Shown: piece by piece, positions 38,939 through 46,613 of the stretch
Layout of the letters: each line of letters opens with the position of its first letter
Position numbering within the stretch: the first letter of the stretch is position 1
DNA from: a virus
Lineage: Duplodnaviria; Caudoviricetes
Length of the DNA stretch: 62,374 nt
Strand: one strand, 5' to 3'
IMG/VR virus record: IMGVR_UViG_3300020171_000028
Location: 1 to 62,374 of that record
Notes under the pieces: model-generated
Databases searched by the model: none
What the model was told of the DNA's origin: nothing
What the model saw: only the letters and a program-made list of their open reading frames with translations
Made by a program: the position numbers and the translations under genes

Positions 38939-39812
38939 TATTCCTTACAAAACAGAAGGACATAAACACTGTCGGGAAGGGTGGGTAAATACTCAATGCC
39001 CCTTCTGTACAGGAAATTATGGATGGCATCTTAGTTATAACATTCAGGATAACTACTACGCCTGTTGGAGGTGTGGAGGTAAGTCTACTGTTATGGTAGT
39101 TTCTAAGCTTTTGAAAATTACTATTCCTTCCGCTTACTCTATTATCAAGAAATACGGCATGGTTTCCTATATGACCAAACCGACCAATACAAAAATAAAG
39201 CTTAGAAAGAAATCTTTCCGGTTGCCTTCCAACACAGATTCTTTATCTCAAATACATAAGAATTATTTAGAGGAGAGAGGGTTTGAAGTTGAAAAATTAG
39301 AAAAAGAATGGAATCTGTTAGGAACCGGTGTTTTCAGTAAATTAGAAGACATCTCCTACAAAAATAGAATCATCATTCCTTTTGAATGGAATGGAGAAAT
39401 GGTTAGTTTCGATTCAAGAGACATCACCAACAAAGCAACTAATAAGTATATGGCTTGCCCTAAAGATAGAGAAATTATAGAACATAAAACTATACTATAC
39501 GGCAACCAAAAGAAATGGAGTGATGTGGGTATATGTGTAGAAGGACCTACGGATGTTTGGAGGTTGGGTCCTTCTGCTTTTGCTCTCTCCGGAATAAAGT
39601 ATACTAGAAAACAAGTCAGAGAAATTAGAAAAGCATTTAAACGAGTGATTATCTTATTTGATGATGACCCTCAAGCAATCATTCAATCACATAAACTTAT
39701 GGTGGATTTACAATTAACTGGGGTGGAAGCCTCCGAAATAAATATCAAAGGAGACCCTGGAAGTATGTCTCAAGAAGAAGCAAATTACTTAGTAAAACAA
39801 ATAATTAGATAA
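38907..39812 (+). CDS. DNA primase (Zn finger + TOPRIM)
   Basis: CPFC…H…CWRCG, RIIIP, VEGPTD, FDDD, DPG. Confidence 0.88.
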   Translation: MDVVSLYQDFSIPYKTEGHKHCREGWVNTQCPFCTGNYGWHLSYNIQDNYYACWRCGGKSTVMVVSKLLKITIPSAYSIIKKYGMVSYMTKPTNTKIKLRKKSFRLPSNTDSLSQIHKNYLEERGFEVEKLEKEWNLLGTGVFSKLEDISYKNRIIIPFEWNGEMVSFDSRDITNKATNKYMACPKDREIIEHKTILYGNQKKWSDVGICVEGPTDVWRLGPSAFALSGIKYTRKQVREIRKAFKRVIILFDDDPQAIIQSHKLMVDLQLTGVEASEINIKGDPGSMSQEEANYLVKQIIR

Positions 39813-39815
39813 GCT

Positions 39816-40613
39816 ATGGCTGAAGGGAAAAAATCTTTCTTACTTTATACAGATTTACTTTACACAGTAGAACAACTTCCAGATGATATGGCAGGGAAAC
39901 TTTTTAAACATATTTTAGAATACGTTAATGACAAGAATCCCGAAACTGATGATTTAGTACTTAAAGTATCTTTCGAACCTATTAAACAACAATTGAAAAG
40001 GGATTTGAAAAAATTTGAAAACATCTGTGAGCAAAGAAGTGATTCAGGGACATTAGGAAATCTTAAACGGTGGAATGAGGATTTGTTTACTCAAGTAACG
40101 AAAAAACAAATATCACTCAAAGAAGCCTTAGAAATCGCAAACAATCGCAAAAATCGCAAACGCGATAAAATTATCGCAAAAATCGCTGATAATGATAATG
40201 ATAATGATAATGATATAATAAAAAAAAATAAACAAAAAAAAGTGATTGGGATATCTTTAGAGGATAAGAATAAAGAATATTTTCCATTAGCTAAACAACT
40301 ATCCAAAATTGTAAAAGAAAATAAAAACATATCTATCCAGTTACATGTAGTCAAGAATTGGAGCAATGATATTCGATTACTAACAGAAACTTCCAACATA
40401 GATATTCCTAGGATAGAAAAGGTCTTAGATTGGTATTCCAAAAATATAGGGAAAGAATACATCCCAATCATTCTATCTGGTAATGCCTTACGGACAAAAT
40501 TCTTAGCTTTGGAAAGTGCGATGGAAAGGAATGAAAAGAAAACAACTCCAGTGTCTCCTGTAAGATTTAAAAGTAGAACCCAAAGTTATAGAGACCCAGA
40601 TGAAATAATTTAA
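39816..40613 (+). CDS. Replication initiator-like protein with N-terminal DUF6291
   Basis: KKSFLLYTD…EQLPDDMAGKLFKHILEY; internal DNDNDND linker and iterons. Confidence 0.75.
   Translation: MAEGKKSFLLYTDLLYTVEQLPDDMAGKLFKHILEYVNDKNPETDDLVLKVSFEPIKQQLKRDLKKFENICEQRSDSGTLGNLKRWNEDLFTQVTKKQISLKEALEIANNRKNRKRDKIIAKIADNDNDNDNDIIKKNKQKKVIGISLEDKNKEYFPLAKQLSKIVKENKNISIQLHVVKNWSNDIRLLTETSNIDIPRIEKVLDWYSKNIGKEYIPIILSGNALRTKFLALESAMERNEKKTTPVSPVRFKSRTQSYRDPDEII
40132..40215 (+). repeat. Iteron-like ATCGC(AAA) repeats plus (TGATAA)n; probable replication origin
   Basis: aatcgcaaacaatcgcaaaaatcgcaaacgcgataaaattatcgcaaaaatcgctgataatgataatgataatgataatgata, followed by an A-rich tract. Confidence 0.7.
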
Positions 40614-40630
40614 ATTAAAAAATACGAATA

Positions 40631-41179
40631 ATGAAAACAAATTACAGAAAAATCGAGTTTGGAGCTGGTGATAGTATTGAAAGAGCAATGAATGATTTAG
40701 CACGTTTTAAAGAACGTGGCGAATTGGTTTATGGTGAGTTTAACGAGCAAAAATTATACTCAGACATTGACGACATTGATTCAGCTTATCAGAAAATTAC
40801 AGGCAAAACAAAGGCTGAATTTGACGAAGCAAGGCAAAAAGAACATGAAGAATATGAAGCTGAAAAGAAAAGGCACGAACAAGCTATTCCCGAATTAACA
40901 AAACAATGGATCGAAAAAGGGAACTTAATACTTGATGAAAAACATCACGAATTATGGGCTAAAATAGTTCCTGTTAGGCTTAAAGATTTATACAAAGGCT
41001 TTGAATTAGGGGCTTGCCTTGACATAGTGAGAGAGCTTAATGCAGGGTGTGTGTTTGAAAAAGTGAAAACTACAATTGAAGGACAAGGGCACTCTGGAAT
41101 GTCTTTCGCTTTAGTTTGCTCAATGGTAAAATCGTTCTGTGATAGAGGTGCTGAATTTGTAAATTACGCACGTTCTTAG
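40631..41179 (+). CDS. Hypothetical protein (distal cassette ORF 0, no upstream site visible)
   Basis: Ends tctTAG 11 nt before the AAC of site 1, like the other cassettes. Confidence 0.8.
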   Translation: MKTNYRKIEFGAGDSIERAMNDLARFKERGELVYGEFNEQKLYSDIDDIDSAYQKITGKTKAEFDEARQKEHEEYEAEKKRHEQAIPELTKQWIEKGNLILDEKHHELWAKIVPVRLKDLYKGFELGACLDIVRELNAGCVFEKVKTTIEGQGHSGMSFALVCSMVKSFCDRGAEFVNYARS

Positions 41180-41189
41180 TATGAACGCT

Positions 41190-41313
41190 AACGGACGGCA
41201 ATATGAAAAGTGCTGGATTACGAAGCACGGAATTGTCAAACTGCTGCGAACTTTGAAACGAGAACAAATATTTAATAACAGCACGAAACCCAGCATGTTT
41301 TATATTGCGTGTT
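41190..41313. repeat. attC-like site 1 (124 bp)
   Basis: AACG…gcaatatgaaaagtgctgg / ccagcatgttttatattgc…TGTT. Confidence 0.85.
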
Positions 41314-41340
41314 GTGCGTAGTGCTTTAATAATCAAAACA

Positions 41341-41751
41341 ATGACAAAAGAAGAAAAATTATCATTTTATTTGCCTTACAATATTAAAGGGCAATACAGA
41401 TTAGGTGATGTTGTTGAAAATGCACCTAACCCTGATGAAATTAGAGAAAAAACACTAACCACAGAAAATGCAGATTTTTTCTTTAAATTTTGTAAACCGA
41501 TATTAAGACCGATTGAAGATGCAATGACATTGAAAATTGATTTTGATGGAGAAGAAGATTTTTTTCACAATAATTTTTTTGGCTTTACAAATTTTAAAGC
41601 ATATTGGAAGGAATACGAAAGTTATGGAATGGCATATTGGCACAATAGAGCACCTTTTGTTGTTACTAAAAGATTACTTGAATATCATTTTGATGTTTTT
41701 GATATGATTAGATATGGATTGGCAACTTCAATGCACGATGCTGTCTCTTAG
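41341..41751 (+). CDS. Cassette 1 hypothetical protein
   Basis: Flanked by gttgtgcgtagtgct (41311) and agcattacgcacaac (41750). Confidence 0.8.
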   Translation: MTKEEKLSFYLPYNIKGQYRLGDVVENAPNPDEIREKTLTTENADFFFKFCKPILRPIEDAMTLKIDFDGEEDFFHNNFFGFTNFKAYWKEYESYGMAYWHNRAPFVVTKRLLEYHFDVFDMIRYGLATSMHDAVS

Positions 41752-41761
41752 CATTACGCAC

Positions 41762-41882
41762 AACGTCCGCAGGTATGTTGTCGTTGCGTGAATTTAGTAT
41801 AAACTTAAAAATAGAACAAATGAAAAATTTAGTAAGAAACTTATTTAGAGGTAGGAAGCAGCAATGCAATATATCTGATGTT
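41762..41882. repeat. attC-like site 2 (121 bp)
   Basis: caggtatgttgtcgttgc / gcaatgcaatatatctg with bulged T. Confidence 0.85.
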
Positions 41883-42035
41883 AGCGGTTCGTTGACACCT
41901 TTCGGAGAATCAATAAAACTGTTAAGAGATTTAGCTGACTTACAAAATGGCGCACCACTTGAACAGCATAGACAAGAGTGGGAAGAAACAATGGAACAGG
42001 TTTATGACTTCCTTAATAGGTGGGAAAGTCAATGA
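41820..42035 (+). CDS. Cassette 2 hypothetical protein (starts inside site 2)
   Basis: MKNLVRNLFRGRKQQCNISDVSGS…; IR gttagcggttcgttgac / gtcaatgaccgctaac. Confidence 0.7.
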   Translation: MKNLVRNLFRGRKQQCNISDVSGSLTPFGESIKLLRDLADLQNGAPLEQHRQEWEETMEQVYDFLNRWESQ

Positions 42036-42040
42036 CCGCT

Positions 42041-42129
42041 AACGGTGGCGATTGGCGAAGTAAAAGCCCTGCACTACCGTTTATGTTTAGCACTACACTT
42101 AATGGCTTTTATTTTGCCAATTGCGTGTT
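42041..42129. repeat. attC-like site 3 (89 bp)
   Basis: gcgattggcgaagtaaaagcc / ggcttttattttgccaattgc. Confidence 0.88.
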
Positions 42130-42178
42130 AGCGGATGCCCTTTTTCGAATTATTAATTAACAATTTAAAATAACAAAA

Positions 42179-42646
42179 ATGATACAAAAATTTAAAAAGA
42201 AACCTGTTGAGATTGAAGCAATACAATACACAGGTAAAAATGATTTTGAAATTGGTAAATGGTCAAATGATTTAGTTTACCCAAGCCCCGTTTTAGAGCC
42301 AAGTGAAAACAACCCAAGCGGTAGTTATTTGCAGATTAAAACACTTGAAGGCGTAATGACTGCAATAGTTGGCGATTGGATTATAAAAGGTGTTAAAGGC
42401 GAGTTTTACCCTTGCAAAAACGATATATTCTTAATGACTTATGATGTTGTAATTCCAAAAGATGTATTGGATGCTCAAAAATTCATACAAGAATGTGGTC
42501 GAGATATGGGATTTATGGGTTCACCTGAATATGACAGACAAAAGAAAATTGTTGATGCTTATTTTGAGCCTATTAAACAGAAAGAAAAAGAAGATTTAGA
42601 AATGGCTGAATACCTAAAACTCAAATCGAAGTACGAGGGTTCTTAG
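42179..42646 (+). CDS. Cassette 3: common phage protein of KKPVEIEA…GDWIIKGVKGEFYPCK family
   Basis: Motif; IR gttagcggatgccct / agggtttccgctaac. Confidence 0.82.
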   Translation: MIQKFKKKPVEIEAIQYTGKNDFEIGKWSNDLVYPSPVLEPSENNPSGSYLQIKTLEGVMTAIVGDWIIKGVKGEFYPCKNDIFLMTYDVVIPKDVLDAQKFIQECGRDMGFMGSPEYDRQKKIVDAYFEPIKQKEKEDLEMAEYLKLKSKYEGS

Positions 42647-42656
42647 GGTTTCCGCT

Positions 42657-42779
42657 AACGTTAAAATGTATGGTGTCGTGGCTGCCATAAACAAAGCCAC
42701 ATAGTTTAAAAACTTAATAATTTTAAATATGAAAAACGAACTTTCAAAAAACGAGCAGCCATGCACTATACATAGTGTT
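42657..42779. repeat. attC-like site 4 (123 bp)
   Basis: atgtatggtgtcgtggctgc / gcagccatgcactatacat with bulged T. Confidence 0.88.
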
Positions 42780-42947
42780 ATAGCCCGTTTATTAGTTTTA
42801 TTCTTTGCATTGCTAATGTTTACAATGTTTAGAACAGTATTGGACACTGGATGGGCTATTTATTGGGATGCTTTATGTGCAATTGGATGGGCTGGAAACT
42901 TATTGTGGATAAAGCCATTGTCGAAGTCTTTTTTTAATGGGCTATAA
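42729..42947 (+). CDS. Cassette 4 small membrane protein (starts inside site 4)
   Basis: Two TM; IR gttatagcccg / tgggctataac; stop TAA is within TAAC. Confidence 0.72.
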   Translation: MKNELSKNEQPCTIHSVIARLLVLFFALLMFTMFRTVLDTGWAIYWDALCAIGWAGNLLWIKPLSKSFFNGL

Positions 42948-43069
42948 CGTTCAAGTATTGCCGAAGGTGGGGCGTAAAAGTGCTACCGCTTTACCTAAGC
43001 ACAAAAGTTTAATAGTAGCACTAATGTTGAATTTGGGATGGTCTGCCCCACTTTTGGCAATACATTGTT
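42946..43069. repeat. attC-like site 5 (124 bp)
   Basis: gtattgccgaaggtggggc / gccccacttttggcaatac. Confidence 0.88.
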
Positions 43070-43091
43070 AGCAGCCGTTTTTTATCACGAT

Positions 43092-43478
43092 ATGGAAAAT
43101 TTAAAAGAATACATTAAAAACTGGATTGCTATTGATGGACAAAAACCTTGTAATGAGGATTTGTTTGTCAATGAGTTTATTGATTTGATTACAAAAATTG
43201 ATGATGAAAGAGATATTTCATTTGATGGCGAAGGCTCTTATTTTGGCAAACAAATAACGCTTCATTTGAATAGTGGCGTTTGGATTGGTGACCCGTTAAT
43301 TCATTTTGAAATTGCTTATAGCCAAAATCAAATTAGGGTTTACACAGCAAATCATCACGGGTTTTGGTATCCTGAATATTTATCAATGTCAAATAAACAT
43401 CCAAGATTTGAAGAAGTAAAAAAGCCACTATTTAAACTGCTTTACAAGGTTTTTGGTCTGCCCGAAAATGGCTGCTAA
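43092..43478 (+). CDS. Cassette 5 hypothetical protein
   Basis: IR gttagcagccgtttt / aaaatggctgctaac. Confidence 0.78.
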   Translation: MENLKEYIKNWIAIDGQKPCNEDLFVNEFIDLITKIDDERDISFDGEGSYFGKQITLHLNSGVWIGDPLIHFEIAYSQNQIRVYTANHHGFWYPEYLSMSNKHPRFEEVKKPLFKLLYKVFGLPENGC

Positions 43479-43597
43479 CGGTGGCAATAAGAAACGAAAG
43501 GGATTTGAAACCGCTTCTTTATCTACCGTTACAAGCCTTGCAAATAGCTACCACGCTCGAATTACAGATAATACCCTTTTGTTTTTTATTGCGTGTT
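43477..43597. repeat. attC-like site 6 (121 bp)
   Basis: gcaataagaaacgaaaggg / cccttttgttttttattgc. Confidence 0.88.
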
Positions 43598-43622
43598 ATA
43601 AAACGTTAATATTTAAATAATT

Positions 43623-43901
43623 ATGATAAAACATGAACAAATTACAGAAGTAAAAACAATATCAAAAAGGTATTGTGATGATTGCGGAAAAGAAACACCA
43701 TATAGGCGAACTTGTAACTGCTGCGGAAAAGATATGTGTAATGATTGTGTAGGACATGAAGAAAATGATGGTGGTGATTATTCAGATTACTATTGCTTAA
43801 AATGTTGGCACTTAGGAGAACCGTATCGAGATAAAATAAATGAGTTAGAAGTTCAGATAGCAGAACTAAGTGGCGAATGGATGTCGAAGTGTCGTTCTTA
43901 A
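43623..43901 (+). CDS. Cassette 6 Cys-rich zinc-finger protein
   Basis: Four CxxC pairs; IR gttataaaacgtta / taatgttttataac. Confidence 0.78.
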   Translation: MIKHEQITEVKTISKRYCDDCGKETPYRRTCNCCGKDMCNDCVGHEENDGGDYSDYYCLKCWHLGEPYRDKINELEVQIAELSGEWMSKCRS

Positions 43902-43909
43902 TGTTTTAT

Positions 43910-44033
43910 AACGTACTGCAGCCTTACGCAGTGGGGGCTTTTAACCACTGCACTAACTTAAAAGCACAAAATTATGAGTAACGAAAAATTGTCCAACGAA
44001 GCACAGAACCCCCCATTGAGTAAGGGTGTTGTT
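43910..44033. repeat. attC-like site 7 (124 bp)
   Basis: gcagccttacgcagtggggg / cccccattgagtaagggtgt. Confidence 0.82.
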
Positions 44034-44180
44034 ATGCCCCGTTTATTTGCTATTACAGCACAAGAAGGGTGGAATGAAATGTTTTGGGATAAAGAAAAAG
44101 CCCAACACAAAATTGATACACAATACAAAAAAGATTTTCCGAATGATGAATTTTGGGTTGAAGAAGTTAATGTCTCTTAA
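43974..44180 (+). CDS. Cassette 7 hypothetical protein (starts inside site 7)
   Basis: MSNEKLSNEAQNPPLSKGVVMPR…; terminal IRs do not match. Confidence 0.7.
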   Translation: MSNEKLSNEAQNPPLSKGVVMPRLFAITAQEGWNEMFWDKEKAQHKIDTQYKKDFPNDEFWVEEVNVS

Positions 44181-44189
44181 ATGCACCCT

Positions 44190-44315
44190 AACGGTCAGGC
44201 GGTTGGCGTTCGTTGCCGACTTTGGAACACGAAATTGTAAATTTAAAAATATAGTAAATATGAAATACGAAAGTTTGATACCAGAAAGACTCGGCAATGA
44301 CGCTAACCGCTTGTT
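44190..44315. repeat. attC-like site 8 (126 bp)
   Basis: ggcggttggcgttcgttgccga / tcggcaatgacgctaaccgct with bulged T. Confidence 0.88.
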
Positions 44316-44478
44316 ATGTGCAGGGCTTTGTCTGAATTGTAAACATCAGAGTTATAAAAGCGATAAGAACTTTGAAAAGACAGGTATTTGCATAGTGAAA
44401 TTTTGGAAAGACAAGAGATGTAAATTATCACCGAATAAGCCAGTTTTGAAATGTGCGGACTTTGAGCCTTGCACATAA
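44260..44478 (+). CDS. Cassette 8 Cys-rich protein (starts inside site 8)
   Basis: MKYESLIPERLGNDANRLLCAGLCLNC…; IR gttatgtgcagggct / agccttgcacataac. Confidence 0.68.
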   Translation: MKYESLIPERLGNDANRLLCAGLCLNCKHQSYKSDKNFEKTGICIVKFWKDKRCKLSPNKPVLKCADFEPCT

Positions 44479-44563
44479 CGGCTGCAAACATGAGCAGGCG
44501 GGCAATGCTCAATAAACCCGCACATACGCAACTGTGTCAGCCCGCTTGCTTATGTTTGTTGTT
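44477..44563. repeat. attC-like site 9 (87 bp)
   Basis: gcaaacatgagcaggcgggc / gcccgcttgcttatgtttgt. Confidence 0.88.
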
Positions 44564-44589
44564 AAAGGCTGGCGTTAATACTTTGTAAA

Positions 44590-44829
44590 ATGATACACGC
44601 AAGAGCAGATTATGACAGAATCCAAGACCCAAAAGGGAAAATTGGAGAAGATGAACCCGTTTTTTTGCTGAGAGCCAAAGACAGTTTAGCTCCTGGAATT
44701 TTGATGAAGTGGGCAACTGAGTTAATTAACAGAGGTGGCGACAAAAAAATGGCGAAAATGGTAACAGACCACGCTGTTAAAATGGTAGAGTGGCAAGAAA
44801 AAAACGGGTGCAAACTTCCAGATTTGTAG
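44590..44829 (+). CDS. Cassette 9 phage protein (DEPVFLLRAKD motif)
   Basis: IR gttaaaggctggcgt / acgcttgcctttaac. Confidence 0.78.
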   Translation: MIHARADYDRIQDPKGKIGEDEPVFLLRAKDSLAPGILMKWATELINRGGDKKMAKMVTDHAVKMVEWQEKNGCKLPDL

Positions 44830-44870
44830 AATGTTTCAGGTGAGCGTAGGGCTTTCTTACGCTTGCCTTT

Positions 44871-44991
44871 AACGGTTTGGCTAAGAATAGGCAGGGAAAA
44901 GAGCTTTACCCTTTCAGCCTACACGAATGATAAAACAAAACTCACAGGCTTAATTTGCAGACTTCGCCCCTGCTTATTATTAGCCTTTGTT
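44871..44991. repeat. attC-like site 10 (121 bp)
   Basis: ggctaagaataggcaggg / ccctgcttattattagcc. Confidence 0.86.
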
Positions 44992-45015
44992 ATAGGGCGT
45001 TTATAATTTAAGATT

Positions 45016-45441
45016 ATGAATACGGAATTTAAAAGAAAAGTATCTGAATTATTTCTAAAAAGGATTGACACGACTTATTTAAAAGGGTCTTGTGGAGAAC
45101 TTGGCGAATCTGTTAAAACTATTGATTATGATTATTTAAACGACCTTGTTAATGAAATAAGTGAGATTGTTAGCGATAATTTTGAACCAAAAAAATGTAT
45201 GCCTGATGGAATTAATTCTAAAGAGGAACACGATGAATATTTAAAAGCTATTGGGTATGAAAAATACGTGAAGGAATTAGAACACTTCAAAGATAGTCAC
45301 ATTGGACTTTATGTAATTGATAAAATGATTGATGACATCTTTACAGACACTCCATTAGAAAAAGACTGTAAAACAGTTGTCGAAGCTTATTTGGTTCAAC
45401 AATTTAAGCGATTAAAGTCTTTAATGTGGCGGATTTCTTAA
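45016..45441 (+). CDS. Cassette 10 hypothetical protein (integrase-proximal)
   Basis: IR gttatagggcgttt / aaatgccctataac. Confidence 0.78.
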   Translation: MNTEFKRKVSELFLKRIDTTYLKGSCGELGESVKTIDYDYLNDLVNEISEIVSDNFEPKKCMPDGINSKEEHDEYLKAIGYEKYVKELEHFKDSHIGLYVIDKMIDDIFTDTPLEKDCKTVVEAYLVQQFKRLKSLMWRIS

Positions 45442-45489
45442 ATGCCCTATAACATATAAATATATTTAACTTACTTTAACCTATTGATT
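45440..45489 (-). other. Putative attI-like primary insertion site
   Basis: Last AAC (45451-45453) is followed by A rather than G and by no stem-loop, and abuts the recombinase start. Confidence 0.55.
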
Positions 45490-46296
45490 ATGAATAAAGA
45501 TTATGGTAAAATTTTAAACATTTGCATTCAAAAGTTTAAATATTTAAATTACTCAGAAAACACTAGCAATATTTATGCTCATTATATCAAAGAATTCTTA
45601 GTAAAAACAGATAAATATATAGAGCATATAGTTTCAAATGACATGAATGCGTATTTAACAATGTATCGATTTTCCTCTATTTCTCAACAAAATCAAATTA
45701 TTAGTGCTTTAGCTTTTCTTTATAAGAAAGTATTAAATAAAAAATACGATAAAGTAGAATTCACAAGACCCATACGAGAAAAGAAACTTCCTAAAATAAT
45801 AGATAAAACGTACTTAATTAATAAAATATTGCGCATAAAGAATCTTAAACATAAAGCAATTTTAGCATTAGCATATTCTACAGGATTAAGAGTATCTGAA
45901 GTCATTAATTTAAAAATAAACGATATAGATTCAAAAAGAATGATAGTAAAAATAAATCAATCAAAAGGAAATAAAGATAGAATAGTACCATTAACAAACG
46001 ATTTGCTTAAAATACTTCGAGAATATTATTTAGAACATAAACCAAAAGAATTTTTATTTAATGGGCAGAAATCTTTAAAATATTCAGCAGGAAGTTGTAA
46101 TCAGTTAGTTAAGAGACATATAGGAAGCGAGTATCATTTTCATTTACTTAGACATTCTTGTTTCACTCATTTGACTGATCAAGGGGTTGATATTCGAGTT
46201 ATACAGAAACTAGCTGGGCATTCAAATCCTAATACGACTGCGATTTATGCTCAAGTAAGTACTAGTATTTTACATAGATTACCATTAGGAATTTAA
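45490..46296 (+). CDS. Tyrosine recombinase, integron-integrase-like N-terminal SAM domain, no IntI-specific insertion
   Basis: NYSENTSNIY; catalytic R (GLRVSE), K (KGNKDR), HxxR (HLLRH), H (LAGH), Y (TTAIY). Confidence 0.92.
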   Translation: MNKDYGKILNICIQKFKYLNYSENTSNIYAHYIKEFLVKTDKYIEHIVSNDMNAYLTMYRFSSISQQNQIISALAFLYKKVLNKKYDKVEFTRPIREKKLPKIIDKTYLINKILRIKNLKHKAILALAYSTGLRVSEVINLKINDIDSKRMIVKINQSKGNKDRIVPLTNDLLKILREYYLEHKPKEFLFNGQKSLKYSAGSCNQLVKRHIGSEYHFHLLRHSCFTHLTDQGVDIRVIQKLAGHSNPNTTAIYAQVSTSILHRLPLGI

Positions 46297-46300
46297 TTTT

Positions 46301-46310
46301 TTTGTATAAT
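46301..46310 (+). promoter_or_regulatory. Putative middle promoter TTTGTATAAT
   Basis: Repeated intergenic motif. Confidence 0.7.
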
Positions 46311-46326
46311 AAGAAAAAATAAAAAC

Positions 46327-46596
46327 ATGAAAAACAACAACAGAAAAATCACTCGAGGAAGACCTCGCCATTACCAAAGTTTCGATGATGGGACTACTTT
46401 CCTTCATATTACTGAAACAGAAACCCAAAGAATAACCCAGGAAGGTATGCGAAAAAGAATGGAATCTATGAAGCCTCTAAGAGAAGCTTCTAAAGCAACT
46501 AAAGATAAAAAAATACAAAAATTCAGAGGGACTTTAGTTTGGAATTCTTCCAAGGACGGGACCTTTTATGGAAATGTAAAAAGAGATTTGTTTTAA
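46327..46596 (+). CDS. Hypothetical protein
   Basis: ORF after promoter motif. Confidence 0.6.
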   Translation: MKNNNRKITRGRPRHYQSFDDGTTFLHITETETQRITQEGMRKRMESMKPLREASKATKDKKIQKFRGTLVWNSSKDGTFYGNVKRDLF

Positions 46597-46613
46597 CTTA
46601 AAAGAAAAAAGCG

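Larger units (their letters stand above)
40631..46296 (+). mobile_element. Integron-like cassette array (11 ORFs, 10 attC-like sites) plus tyrosine recombinase
   Basis: See individual sites; cassette-specific terminal inverted repeats GTT…/…AAC. Confidence 0.85.

Noticed and set aside
44026-44259. 5' part of ORF-track 150-aa ORF 44026-44478
   Set aside because: It overlaps the cassette 7 gene and crosses site 8; ATG 44260 with an A-rich leader is the more plausible start.
41820-44478. Combinatorial protein fusions across the crossover
   Set aside because: Reading frame at GTT is not constant and the strand asymmetry places the crossover at the AAC, so the N-termini most likely travel with their own cassette.
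41190-44991. Spacers as a CRISPR array or as simple terminators
   Set aside because: The repeats are not sequence-identical, intervening segments are whole genes, no cas genes are present, loops are long and U-tracts are absent; AAC/GTT ends and cassette-specific inverted repeats are not terminator features.
41311-45453. Shufflon/invertible segments
   Set aside because: The inverted repeats differ for every cassette and all eleven ORFs share one orientation, which argues against active inversion.
45490-46296. Lysogeny integrase
   Set aside because: No arm-binding domain, repressor or excisionase is recognisable nearby, and the gene abuts the cassette array. A Xer-like dimer-resolution role is not formally excluded.
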